A stretch of DNA of 64,000 nucleotides from positions 220,303 through 284,302 of the forward strand of contig JAKMXF010000319.1 in the NCBI GenBank assembly GCA_024704765.1. The letters run 5' to 3'. Each line of letters starts with the position of its first letter. The first letter of the stretch is position 1. The translations under genes were made by a program, and so were the position numbers. Source of the DNA: Oopsacas minuta (Eukaryota > Animalia > Porifera). This document shows, one piece after another, positions 1-13,147 of this stretch. A model generated the notes under the pieces. It did not search any database and was not told the origin of the DNA. It saw only the letters and a list, made by a program, of their open reading frames with translations.

Positions 1-2094
1 ATCGAAATATTGAATATTTAGGTTTCAATATGTTGTCGGTAGTAATTGGTTAGGTAGAGTCCGAATTTGAGATTTTCCTTTAAGTAACAAATTCCCAGAT
101 TTATCATAGGAATCATAACAGATTACACCTTTTGCAACATATTTCAAAAAGATGCTAGTGAAAATAGTATACGTTAACAACACTAGAATTTCAACTATTT
201 GACAATCATATTCTATTTATCAGTTAAATTTAAGAGTGGTTTTATATAGAATATTTTCGGAGTGGGTGATTTTACATATTCGTGATTATGGTTGTACGCG
301 AGATCCTAATATACACCGAAGTGGTACGCGGTGGTAAAAGTTTGAGGACCGCTGCACTTGCGATTAAGAGATTTATAATAATTATTGTTATAATTGAACT
401 TGTTGTCAAAGTATATTCAATTCCAAAATGCAATTGCTGTTGTCCACAATCGCCAATTTGATCAGAATTATATCATTTAACTATCTTAGAGATATGATGG
501 TTAGGCCTCAATATCACAAGATCAGTAATTATATACATAGATTGTATTATCATTAAAATACATAATTAGAATTTATATATGTTAGATTTCTTTAGCACTT
601 TTATAATAAAATATTTTAATGATTTTTGCTGATTCTTTCCAAATAATTCTCATTGTTTTGATATTGATTTCAAGGGTAATATAAGTATGGCAGGAATGGT
701 GGGAACAAAAATTGGGGATATTTCACCCTAGCGCCCCTAGACTCGTGGCACTAGGGTGAGAAGTCCTCCTTTAGTACATGTTCTCGTTCATCCTCCGATT
801 CCCAGTCCTACAGCTTAAACATCGAAATCATACTGTTCTCCGAAAATGAGTATTGGATGAGCAGTGGTTAATGATGTGATTTTTCGAAAATCCAAAGGTG
901 ATATTGACGTAATAATTTCGTCATAGGTGTGAATTTTCTTCCAAGACTCGAACATGTCCGATCCAGCATAAAATACCCAGTATGCCAAAAATCAGCCCTG
1001 GGGGTTCTCCAATTTCTTCAATCAATTGCCGACATTTGATCATATACGTATATACATACAGGTTAATTTTCGTTTTAATAGTATCGATAAATGCTATAAT
1101 TATCCCTAAAAGCTATTCGTATTTCAGGGCTCTATTTAACATCTGCACTTACATCATGATAATTTACTGAACATAGATTAGGTAGAGTAGAGTAGAAAAC
1201 AAATAGCATTCATCCAAATCGGTAGTTATTGAGTAATTACCAGAATGCGTCCTGAACATAACAATTTGAATGGAGTAGGATTACGATAATCTTGTATGTA
1301 ACATAGTATAGTTTGAGTAACAACGGATTATGCATAGAGATTATTTGGATAGAGTTACATATAGACTTGGGCCTGACTGTATATAGTGCTGATTTGTATA
1401 ATATGCATAATTCTACTCACTTTTTTGAAAATATATTATTTATCATTGATTACGACTGCCACTTGTAACAAAAAACACACCTACACATGTATCCATTTTG
1501 GGGAATCATCAGACTTCGAATATCGTTTATCGTTCCAAAACGCGCTTATTTCCCTAGCTAAATTCATGAAGCAAGTTTTGGCAACGATATTTCGGTTATC
1601 AAAACTCTCGAGGATATCGTAAATTCCGATAACTAATTGAAAATATACTGGATATCAGGATTTCCTCAAGAATACAGCGAAAGAAACATCGGAAATATCA
1701 GAATTTTCAATTATTGATTTCCTAATTTCACCGATTTTCCGATATATTTCGATATTTTCCAATATTTTTGATATTCCAATATTTTCCTTTTAGAAATATA
1801 AAACTGATATTTGCCAAAACATTGCATAGCGTATTAACCGGATATAATATTAAATTATCCAAAACCTTCATATTCGTACTTTTACAGTGGAAACCGCGCT
1901 ATTAGCAAATCGCATTTTGCATGATTTTCTTTGCTGATACGCGAGTTTTGTATCATGCACAGTAATTACCATAACTGCACTCTGTCCATGATGGAAGTTT
2001 CAAATCTGCGGTTTCCACTCTATTTTGTTCATTTCAATCCAAATGTAAATCAATTTTCATTTGATTTTCCAATCACTTCTTGCCCGTATTTTAG

Positions 2095-5000
2095 ATGAGT
2101 CGTAGAAATGGGTTCCATAAACCCTCTCAGCAAATCTCTCCAATCGACATACAATATGATTTCATGGATATGGTAGGAAAGGGTACGTATGGAACTGCAT
2201 GGATTGCAAAAAGTCGTATCGATGGACAATTAGTTATTATCAAAGCTATTAAGAAAGTCAATACTTCAAGATCTGTTTTCAAGAAGGAATACAAGTACTC
2301 TCTCAGTCTTTCTCTACATCCTTATATCATTGAAACCTTTAGAAATGCATATGAAACACCCAAAAGTTTTGTAATGGTACAAGAATTTGCACCTCATGGT
2401 GATCTATTCGATGCAATCGTACCTGAACAGGGCATGGCTGAAAATGAGGCTAAGCATGCTATTAGGCAAATTTCTGAGGCTCTAAAATTCATGCATTCAA
2501 AACGTCTAGTTCATCGGGATGTTAAACCAGAAAACATCGTGATTATGAATCAATCGAAAAGAGAAATAAAATTAATTGATTTTGGGATGACCCTAAGGGC
2601 TGGGACACATGTTGCAAGGGTGTGTGGTAGTATTCCGTATACTCCTCCTGAAATATGCCAAGCCAGTTTAGTTGACGGTTTCTATGTAAATACAGGCAAC
2701 GATGTATGGTCTCTTGGAGTTTTATTGTTTTGTATGTTGACAGGTAAGAAAATTTATTATTAGTCATTTTTGCTAACGCAACGTTACATATAAGGTATTA
2801 ACTGCGAGGATTATCTGAATTAAATTACAGTTAACGAATTTCCTGATTAAACGAACAAATATTTGCACAAAACAGGTCCCTATAATGGTTATTCTATTGA
2901 CATTACTCCAGATAAAGCGAACAAAATTTGACCATAAGTTGATGTTTGAATTAAAGGTTTGCAAATCGTTTTGCTGCAAGTTAAAGTGTTGATGACTGCA
3001 TACAGAGAGTTTAAAGTTACTGTACTGCCAAAAGTGGCCGTTAAGCAGGTTCCACTGTGCCTGTACGTATTAGTTCTAATGTGTATATATATCGTCCTGA
3101 AAATTATACAAATTTTTATCGTTGCTTTTCTTATACTAGGAACATTTCCTTGGGAGCAGGCTAGTCCCAATGATATCCACTATAAAGACTTTATCGATTG
3201 GCAATTGTCTCTATCCCCAGATGTTGCGATTTTATGGAGGAAATTCACACCAGAAGCCTTAGCACTTTTTCAAAAGATGCTCAACTTAGATATTCGGAAA
3301 AGATGTAAGGTTTCAGAGTTGCAGAATTATTTACAATATCCTTGGTTGGAAACAAATCTTATATTGTTAGACACTTGTTCTGAGGTATCCAGCCTTTGTA
3401 GAACACCAAACCCTGATCATTTAGGTGAGTTTATGTGAATATATTTATACGTATTTCTTGTTGTTGATCATATCTAACTCATCATTATTATTTGATAATC
3501 CAAATTTGAACATTGCAATTTTGGTTTACAGTTGTGAGCTAATTGATTATCAACTCGTATGGGGTATAGCGATGCCTTTATCCGAAAGTTGATGTGAAAA
3601 GTCATTCCGTCCTTACGCACAACGGTTCGACTCTACAAGTACATGTTCATAGTTCATTCATCACGAAATTGTCTACACTGTACACTAGCATACCTGCTAA
3701 CCTTTATCACTGACACATCAATACCTGGACGGAGCCCAAATAGCAAATAATTTAAACGGGCCAAAGTGGCTCATACAGTATTGAGGAAGGGCTCACACAT
3801 ATATTTGTATTAGATATATGGGGTTGTAAGTTATTATGAATCCAGGAGGGCTCAAGCCATCCGTTCCCTAGGGTTCGACGCCTATGATTGTATGTATCCA
3901 TCAGAGAGAGAGGGAACCGGTCGGATCAGGTATCGGTCGAAATCTTGACCAGCCGGTCGAGTTTTGACTGGCTGATTTTGTATAACCGCTGAATGAGTTA
4001 CAAGTCAAATTGTGTTACAATAGTTGGTATTGTTTAGCACTGTTTAATAATTATTGTTAGTAGACATTGACTGGTCGGGTCATGGAAAAGCTGATCGGTT
4101 CTATCTCTGGTATCCATGTCATCCACTAATATAATTGAAGATTGTAAAATTACGTGTCCAGCAATCCCTAGAATCATAAAAATATGCAACTATAAGTCTA
4201 TAATGTAGAACCGAGTCAATACAGTATTCTGCTTGATTATTTGTGTCATGATTGAAGATGAATTCCAAATGTTAGCAAAGATTATTCTAACTTTATTACC
4301 TAAAGCAGAGTTCTCGAAAATTTGACCCTCCTCACTGTCTTATGTTTTTAAATACAAAAAGAATGAGGCTGTCATGTAGGGTGGCCAGCATGTTTAGGTC
4401 TAAATCCTGTACATTGGAGCATTTCCACACAAATTTCCTGGCTTTTCTGGACATAATTTTCAAAATCTTGGACAAGTATATGTATAAAAATATAAATGGA
4501 TGTTTCATTTTGTAATAGAAATAGCGTGAAACCTCATTTGACATTATTACAGCTGATATTTATAGCCAGTTTAATATCCTTCTATTCAAAATAATGATCT
4601 CGAGAATTCTGGACGCATAGGAATTTTGGCAAAAATACAGGATATATCCTAATGCAATGGTCACCATACTGTCATGTTACATTTCATAACACCTGGTGAT
4701 GATTAGTTAAGTTTAGACGTCTCATATTTAATTGTGTTCTGTTTGTGTAATTTAATGATTTAATTGGATACTATGGGTCATGCATACGTATCAACTTTTT
4801 TTAACAATTTTCATGGATATTTACCTCCAAATCCCGCCGTTTTCAAATTTTCCCTGGATTTCTAATTTTGTATCCAAATAATATTAATTTCTTCACTATT
4901 TTGTTATATAATAGAGAGAAATATTCAATCTTTTCTCTGAATATCATGTCAAATCCCGGGAATTTGGCAAATATAGTTAAATTATTGGTTATGGGTCACG

Positions 5001-5561
5001 TTGAGTGAGCCATTTGCAGCTCTGATTGATATACTTGCTCCTCAATATTCATTCTTAATCCCTCTATCCCTTCTAGTTGATGATTCTGACCCAGGTTTAG
5101 ATATTGATGCTGTTAAGACGCTATTTTTGGATGATTGTTCTAAAGAATATAACCAATTCAATCAGGAAACTTTTTCTGATAACATCACGATGAAAAATGA
5201 TCTCTCTCATTCTGTAGACTATAATGAAGATCAATATTTCCCAATTCAATCAGAAGACACAGTTCCACATTCAGATCATATGTCTGAAAGCTATGTAATT
5301 ACAAATGAATCAAAAAATGACTCTGATGATAAAATGCTCTATCCATCCTCAATATATGAGAATTCAAAACTTGGTGATATAACAATTCACACATCAAATT
5401 TCAATAATACCTATGCTAATGTTTCTCCTCGTCATAGTCACCATTTTTCGGATGGATTTCTCCTCCCAGAAACTGATAAAAATATTCTCTATTCGGATAG
5501 CAAGGCATATGCATCTCACGCAAGAGGAAATAGCGTTTCGTATAACGTTAGTATTTGCTAG
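2095..5561 (+). CDS. SBK1: Ser/Thr kinase, SBK1-like; exons 2095-2743, 3140-3424, 5077-5561
   Basis: Motifs GKGTYG, HRDVKPEN, DFGMT and GSIPYTPPE are present. Splicing AG|gtaag at 2743 to tag|GA at 3140 restores FCMLTG-TFPWE, matching the SBK1 pattern. The phase-1 donor at 3424 (gtgagt) joins the phase-1 acceptor at 5076 to give a low-complexity tail ending at TAG 5561. The third exon is less certain than the first two. Confidence 0.85.
3902..4109. mobile_element. hAT-type MITE in kinase intron 2
   Basis: Imperfect TIRs (cagagagagagggaaccggtc / gatcggttctatctctg) flanked by an 8-bp TSD GTATCCAT at 3894-3901 and 4110-4117. Confidence 0.75.
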
Positions 5562-5953
5562 AAAGTATACTATTGTGATTTGTTAACGCTCTTGTGACGT
5601 CATATTTCCATACGCTACAGCTACATCATAGAAAATATTTCTATTTTCAACGTTTTGCAGCATGCATATATACTAGATACACAGATTTGTATATTTCCCT
5701 ACTAATGACTATTGGAATATGTTTTGGTGATAATTTCCATTTTGTCTTGTTATGATTCCATACTTACCAACCCTATGTACTGTTTCCCTGGATATTTTGT
5801 CGAATCCTTGGAATTCGTTGGCCGCCCCGCTTCTGACAGCCCTGTCAAGAATAATAAATACTGGAATAATAATAATAATAGATCTAACGCAGTGTAAGTA
5901 TAATGGCTATAAATGGATAAAGTGGCATAATGTGTCACGAGCAGAGGGATTTG

Positions 5954-6344
5954 AAATCCATTATATCAAACATCTATGCATTTCAGATAGATTTGAATTC
6001 TCTAAAGTCCAAAGGAATTAGAGCTTACAATCCCGGACATATTTTGTAATCCCGGTATTTCGTTATTAGTCGTTTTCTAGAGTTTGGTATTCTTACGGTT
6101 TAGAAGTATATCGATTTGATACGTTGAATTGAGATGCATGTGTAATCCTATGGTTTTGCTTGTAAGATTGCAAATGTATCTAATCAGATACGTTTGCAAT
6201 CTTACAAGCAAACCAGTCCCATTCACAGACTACAATTAACTGATTAGGGTCGAATTGTTACATTCGTAACAAAAGGAACACTGAAATTTTATAACTTCGT
6301 TTTAATCAATTCGCCCACTCAAATCGAGATCTCAGCCCCTTATT
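5954..6344. repeat. ~355-390 bp block repeated at 10181-10534 (direct) and partly at 24252-24432 (inverted)
   Basis: Read directly, e.g. aaatccattatatcaaacatctatgcattt...tcgcccactcaaatcgagat occurs in both direct copies. This copy has an extra 38-nt fold-back insertion. Confidence 0.9.
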
Positions 6345-6520
6345 TACATCCTAAGAGCATTTGTACCTTTTTCTAGTTTTACTCGTAGAATCCATCAATT
6401 TACACACCCAGCATAATTCCAAACAATAATTATAATGATTACACTCACACACAATCAAATAGTAGAATAACTATAGACATATTTGTTCATTACTTATTAC
6501 TCAGAGATAACTTAGAATAG

Positions 6521-7909
6521 TCACAGTATAGATTGAAAGAACTTCACATAGTCTGCCTGGGGTATCTTTGCTCGGCTTGCATGTACACTTACAGCTTCAT
6601 CTCCAGGATACATTACACCACGACCAATTTCCATCTTCCCAAGAAGTGGGTCATACTTGCTTTCTCCGTTCAATGCCTTATCAGCCAGTATTTTACCAAA
6701 CAGAGGAACAAATTTCATAGCCCAACCAGATGTGTACAGCACAATACGTTTGTCTGTTCCAGTTAGGAAGTCAAGAACAAAGCCAGGGTCCCCAGAGGAG
6801 TTCGTATTTAAGGCAAATCCAGCAACACATGTTGCAATGGTTTCAGTATTTAACTCTGGTTGTAGATCTGGCATGGATTGTCTGACAAAATCTTGGGTAA
6901 ATCGAAGAGCATCTTCATCAACAGGTCTCGAATCAATTGGAGGTGGCTTTCCGTAAAAGTTAAAAGTAGATTTAGAGGTGAAACCTGGCGCAACTCTGCA
7001 TTTACCGGAATATTCATCCTTATTAGTTGGGAAGCCATAATATGTATTTGCATCTATAGCATCTCCTGGTTCATGGTCCTTTGGAGGGGCAAAATAAATC
7101 CACACTGGCCAATTTTCGCTTATAGTTTGATTAGGAGAGTCATTATGGAGAGAAAAGTAGTTGGAACACCACAGATAAATTACAATTCCCATTCTTTGTT
7201 CAAATGGAGGGTGCACTGTTTCTAAGAGCTCATTGATGAAGACACTCGGTGTCATGATAACTTTCTTTCCCGAATATACACTTAAATCGCCTGCAGTTAC
7301 TGTAATATGAGAACTTATTGAGTAATCAACTTTTGTTACCTTCGTATTCTCCAATAAGTCACAGTTACTGCTTGCCTTTAACATTTTTAGCAGAGACTTT
7401 ATAAGTTCAAGAACATTGATTGAACCACCACCATCCCCAGGCACCAGTAGTGCACTAAAATTTTCGCTATCAGTAACTGCCCCACTGATGAACGGGAATT
7501 TTTGCCGAATCTCTTCAGGATTTTTGTAATAGCAATAATCTTGACTTAATTCTTTGAGATTTGTTACTGCCTTTTCTATATTACCCTCTGCAGTAGTAAC
7601 AGAACTATCACCAAACCACAATACACCAGTAAACTTCACTAATTTAGGATTGTTAGTTTCGTCGATTAATTCGTGCCACAATCCACGCGTTTCGATTGCT
7701 AACTGACAGAGATAACGTTCTGAATAACAGATTCGCCATTGCCTTGAATACCCTGGACTAGAAGAATAATCGTTATGAAAAGTAAACTGCTCCAAAAGCA
7801 GTACTTTCTTGTTCCTCTTCACAGCACATTCGTAAGCTGCAGCCAATCCAACAGGACCACCTCCCACAATAATCACATCATACAGTTGTGTTGGATCTTT
7901 CGCTGCCAT
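6521..7909 (-). CDS. FAD-dependent oxidoreductase, monomeric sarcosine oxidase / pipecolate oxidase (DAO) family, 462 aa, intronless
   Basis: Rossmann motif VIIVGGGPVGLAAAY. SSSPGYSRQWRICY aligns with MSOX GSHHGDTRIIRHAY. TIATCVAG carries the Cys at the position of the MSOX covalent flavin attachment. SGWAMKFVPLFG aligns with SGHGFKF. No signal peptide. Confidence 0.88.
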   Translation of the reverse strand: MAAKDPTQLYDVIIVGGGPVGLAAAYECAVKRNKKVLLLEQFTFHNDYSSSPGYSRQWRICYSERYLCQLAIETRGLWHELIDETNNPKLVKFTGVLWFGDSSVTTAEGNIEKAVTNLKELSQDYCYYKNPEEIRQKFPFISGAVTDSENFSALLVPGDGGGSINVLELIKSLLKMLKASSNCDLLENTKVTKVDYSISSHITVTAGDLSVYSGKKVIMTPSVFINELLETVHPPFEQRMGIVIYLWCSNYFSLHNDSPNQTISENWPVWIYFAPPKDHEPGDAIDANTYYGFPTNKDEYSGKCRVAPGFTSKSTFNFYGKPPPIDSRPVDEDALRFTQDFVRQSMPDLQPELNTETIATCVAGFALNTNSSGDPGFVLDFLTGTDKRIVLYTSGWAMKFVPLFGKILADKALNGESKYDPLLGKMEIGRGVMYPGDEAVSVHASRAKIPQADYVKFFQSIL

Positions 7910-8879
7910 CTAGAAGCTAGTTAACTGCTAATTGGTTGTGGTTTTACAGTTCAACTGGTTTGGGTAAATGTGGTTCAATGTTGGATGTGTCGGAAAAGAC
8001 AGTAGAACTTTGTTAGTACGTACACATTCGAAATTAATACACTTTATCTTATGTACGTATTGAGTGATATTGTAGGGACCTGATTTTACATATATTTTTC
8101 ATATTATCCCGACAAGGTTTGTCAAATATCAATATCGGTTAATCACCGATTCTATACGATATATCGGTGCCAAACCTTGATCCGAAAATTCGCATTAGTG
8201 TGTTCGTAACTTAGTAGTAATGAGGTTCTGCTGTAATAAGGAACATAGTAAAATGTACAAGCAAAGAAGCAAAAATATAATTTCTAGATAATTATGTGAG
8301 TTCGGAAGCAGATGAAAAATATATTTTTAGTTAAAGGCCAATTGTTAGGTAGATATGAAAATATGTTCAAAATTCTAAAGCTCACAATAATTTCTTTATT
8401 TCGAGATAAAGAATGGATATAAACGCCAGAAATTGGTACGAATACAATTGTTGTTCTGGAAAGTATATCTCTTGTTACAAGAGAGTTTGGAAATGCTATG
8501 TAATATTGTTTGATACAGGTATGACTTCTATTGGTCAACTGCCAATTACTAGAGGCAATGTCAGGAGTCTATAACATGATCAATCCCGTTAGTGTTTCGA
8601 GACACTTTGACTTTTAGCCAACGCTGTTATTATGTAAACGAAGGAACCCAAACTAGAGACATACCTCCGCAATAAGAGATTGAAATATTTAACCTTAAGT
8701 AATGAATTAACACTCATAATTGTTTTAACAGGTTGGTATTCGCAAAACTGCATTACAATAATCAATTGAATCTCCATGATCACAAACTTCCAATTGTTAT
8801 ACTTTACTCCAACATATTTGGCACGTATTGAAATATGAAGAAAGAAAGAAATTGAAAGAGAACGCAATGTTAGATTACA

Positions 8880-9823
8880 TCAAAATTTCCTGTTTTTTAT
8901 CAAGAAAGGTTCTCTTGATACTGAACTCGCGCAAGCTTTGATCTTCATTTCGATAGGGTAATGCTCGCTGATTGCAAGCGATTGTGATAAATCTTTTCCT
9001 AAAGCTAAACTGAAATTGTATACGTGTATATCTGTAACTTCTAACGCGATCGACTTATATAAAATCAAATTATCATAAGTACATGAAATGTTGCGATATA
9101 CCGAAGTACTATTCGCGCCTTTTTTTAACCCAAACGAGAACGCAGGATCTGTATTGAAGGAGAGCTTTTGAAAATCTTCATCTGAGAGGTAGCTACAGTC
9201 TGCATTTAGATTCCCCAGGATAATCCCGTCAGTCGTCCCAAATGAAAGTAATCAGAACGAAACGTAAACAAATACAAATCTTGAATTTCATTGAATGTAT
9301 TCTCAGGAGCTGTATGTGTAGCTTGTAGCCAAAACGAATTACAATTTGAGCACTTAGATGGCATGAAAAGTACTGAAAAAGGTGACCTCACGAAACTAGC
9401 CCTATAAGTTGGAAACTGATGGAAATCAAGCACGTCGACTTTGGAGGGCTTATATAGGAAACTGTATTGTTCGGGGTTAACCTTGCCTAATCGAATACTA
9501 ATAACTTGCTTATAACAATCCGCCAAGGGGACAGAAGTATTAAGTGTGCGTAGCAATTTGTTCGTGACATTCTTGACTGAATCATCTGGATCTCTTAACC
9601 CGATTAGCAAAACAACATCATACCTCTTTATTATTGTTACTATGGACTGTAACACGCTGTTATTTTGAATTCTGCTGCAATCGATACGATCAAAACTAAA
9701 TGTAGCTACATTTAGGATGGGACATTCGGCATTGTTTGGCACAAATGGTCCATATTTGAAAGCACACACGTGATAGAATAACGGGAAAACAACTATCAAA
9801 AGTGGTAGGAACATTATTTCCAA
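8880..9823 (-). CDS. Secreted DNase I-like protein with substituted metal ligands; one frameshift at ~9237-9239 (about 314 aa if repaired)
   Basis: Signal peptide, then KRYDVVLL, LGKVNPEQYSFLY, FVRSPF and ATHTAP in ORF 9206-9823. In the shifted frame come IILGNLNADCSY, SCTYDNL and AISEHYPIE, running to TGA at 8880. Adding one base to the CCC run at 9237-9239 fuses the two frames with no stop. Confidence 0.85.
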
Positions 9824-10180
9824 TATATCTAGCTAAGGTTATGAATTGACAATAAACACAATAAAATTATATGATTTGCTAGACTAGATAAACGATTAAC
9901 CGAAGACCGTAGAAATGGAGAAATACTGGTATGTATAAGGCACAAATATCCAGTTACGCTAATAAGTATTCAATTAACAACGCCTGCATAAACCGACACT
10001 CGTTGAGATATGAAACTTGCATCTATTTACCAAATTGTCGGATTTTGCAGATGAATTTGTATTATGAGAAGCTATTCTAGATCAGAAACAATTTCGGGTT
10101 ATATACCCTGCCCAGACAATAGTATTCAGTCATTGATGGTCAATCCAGTAAACATTATGATTGAGAGTATGCCTAATGTT

Positions 10181-10534
10181 AAATCCATTATATCAAACAT
10201 CTATGCATTTCGAAGAGATTTGAATTCTCTAAAGTCTAAATGGGTTATGGCTTACAATCCCGGACATATTTTGTAATCTCGGGATTTCGTTATTGGTCGT
10301 TTTCTAGAGTTTCGGTATTCTTAGGGCTTAGAAGTATATCGATTTGATACGTTGAATTGAGATGCAGGTGTAATCCTATGGTTTTGCTTGTAAGATTGCA
10401 AACCAATCCCATTCTCATACTACAATTAACCGATTACGGTCGAATTGTTACATTCGTACAAAAAGGAAGACTAAAATTATATAACTTCGTTTTAACCAAT
10501 TCGCCCACTCAAATCGAGATTTCAGTACCTTATT
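10181..10534. repeat. Second copy of the 5954-6344 block, 3' of LAAO copy A
   Basis: Direct sequence match to 5954-6344, without the fold-back insertion. Confidence 0.9.
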
Positions 10535-12983
10535 GACGTCATTAAATCACACATTTTCCCGGCCGTATTCGGTCATAGACATTTGCTACTAAATTCGGAA
10601 TCTCAGGATTGTAAGCTCCAAAAGGAATCTATCAGATCCATAAAATTTATGTATTTCATGGATGTTTCATGAATTTGATTTGAATATTCACATTCAAAAT
10701 GGATATAGATTGGATATGGATCCATAATCGTGTGGGAAATGGATTACGGAGTGTATTTAGATTATAGTTTGTATCCATCCAGTGGTGCCTCTGGTCATGA
10801 GTTGGAAATATTTGGCATCAGTAAAAAATATCTAAACTGGAAGTCTGTATACTGAGGTTACAATACGCGGAATGCAACTATGACATGGGAGATACGCTGA
10901 AGTTTTACTGTATTGGCCCATCAAAAATAGGGGAGATTATTAGTATTTGTATGGAAACTTTACCATTGCCTGATTACTTTTGTTGAGTAGGGTAGGTCAA
11001 CCGGATTATACAGGTGTCTGTTTATGAAGGCCCCATGTACACCAAATAGAAAACGATTAATCATATCATATCACTAAAAATCATTACAAATACCAATATA
11101 TTCAATACAATAGATAACAAATTCCATCTCTAAAAAAGCCTAATCCCAGCACTCAAATGTTTGAACTTAAGTAATGAATTCAAAGCACACACATATAGTG
11201 TTCCTATACACTCACTAGAGCTCACACACGCACCCATTAGAAATCTCCAGATTGCGTGAGATATTCTAAATAAGAATTGGTTTGAGTCAATGACCCATCC
11301 ACCCATTCCTGGACAAGTGAATATGATTCTCCAATAATACCAATGTTAGGCCCTAACACATTGAACATCCCAGGAGAAACTATACTATCATTAGAAAATA
11401 CCTTCCATGCGTGACAAGAATCACCAAAACGCGGTTCTGTCCAGTGAGTGTATGTGGCTAGAACTGGATCAGGAATATTAATGAGTGGTTCCATGGGGGT
11501 CACATCTCTAGGGCTTCCTTTTTTGAAATTGGACCTTTGGAATAATTGCGCTAATTGATCCATGGCAACTACAACAACTTGTTCTTTGGCTAAAACACTG
11601 TGAAGTGGAACTTTTACATTGTCTTTCGGCTGATAATCCTTACCAATCGATTGCATAGAATGCCAGTAATAACTATTGTCATAGTCACAATAAATAGTTA
11701 ACGATCCAGGATCTTCGTATGCCTTCAGTCGTTCTGCAGGTTCTTTGATCGGATTAAATATATACACTGTACCAAGCTTTAAATCCGTATAATTCGGACC
11801 ACTATCAATTCCCAATATGGACCACCATTGCTTTTCAAAATACAAATTGATTTTTGTAAGGGATTCAGAGATTACGGAATCGACATATGGTGAAAATTTA
11901 GTGTCTGCCATCCATTCGTTACTTGAAGGTAAAGTTTGCAAGGCTAATTTGGGTAAAGCAAGTACACATCTTTTGGATCTGATAGTTTTTGCTGTGATTT
12001 ATTCGGATCATTTCTGTCAATATATTCAATACGAATTGGAAAACTTTGGCCAACATCTTCATCAAGTTTCACTAACTCAGATAGTAAATTGACTTTTACT
12101 CCATTGTTTGTGATTTTTTGGCAAAGCCTTTTTGGTATTTCATCATAACCATATTTAAGAGTAAAAAAATTGGGGCTTGAGGTGAAGTCAAGGTTGGATT
12201 GGAATCCGAATCCAGCATTTGCATTACGATTGAATAAACTTTTGAATCCAAGTGATATCTCAATCATTTTGATCGTTTCATAGGAAAGACCCATAAAACG
12301 CAGTAGAGACCCAAAATCCCATTTATATAATTCGATATTGTCAACCTTCCATTCTAATCTAACATGTTGCCATTGTTGTGGAGTAAATGGTTGTTCTCCT
12401 GGTGGATCCTGCATCATGCGAATTTTATCGAATACATCATTTAGTATAGCGAATGGATCCGCATAATTCTCTTGCTCTGCTGCACTCAAGCCGGTGTTAT
12501 ACAAGTCAAACCACACTTTAGATTCATCAGCTTGGCCAAGTGTAAAGCGAACACCTCTAATGAAGTTCAAATTATATTTGTTTCCCATTGAGAAAGGAAC
12601 AATTTCTTTCTCCAATCCTAATTCTATAGCTAATTTATAGGTCTCCCTATTGTTGTAAAAGCGCATTCCACCTTCTTCTTGTTTGATGGTTTTCCCATTG
12701 ATTGTTACAAGATTACTTTCCAACAGCCCACCAATGCGGTCCAGTTTTTCTATAATACATATGGTCTTTTTGGGATATTTCTCGTTTAATTTGTATGCGC
12801 AATAGAGTCCAGAAACTCCTGCGCCTGCAATTAGGATGTCATAGGTTTGTTCTGCAGTTGCCATTTTTCTCCGTTATAATGTCACGATCAGTTACTAAAC
12901 AAGAAGATAGTCTTTACTCATATTTTGAGTTGTTAATTATTTCTTGAATAAATCACTTATTAATGATCTTTAGTACTAAAGGT
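10355..12983. repeat. Left arm of a 2.63-kb inverted segmental duplication (partner 21802-24432)
   Basis: Reverse-complement identity read from aattgagatgca (10355 / 24432) through the whole LAAO gene to ctaaaggtt (12983 / 21802). Confidence 0.95.
11237..12864 (-). CDS. Flavin-containing amine oxidoreductase, L-amino-acid-oxidase-like, copy A (542 aa if the 1-nt deletion at 11986-11990 is repaired)
   Basis: Motifs ILIAGAGVSGLYCA, EKLDRIGG, EEGGMRF and C-terminal IGESYSLVQEWVDGSL. The frameshift is an A5 run where copy B has A6. No signal peptide and no introns. Confidence 0.88.
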
Positions 12984-13147
12984 TAATTACTCATAGAGTA
13001 ATTAGTAATTATCTATAGGCAGGGCTGCAGTGGGTATCGGAATTCCCATGGGTGACTTATTTGCTATATTCCCGACATCTATATGAATATTCAACACACT
13101 TATTCGGATAAAATGAACAGTTTGTGAAATATCATAATTATCATGAC

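Noticed and set aside
5001-5561. Stand-alone 186-aa gene
   Set aside because: It has a TTG start, and a phase-matched acceptor at 5076 makes it the likely last exon of the kinase.
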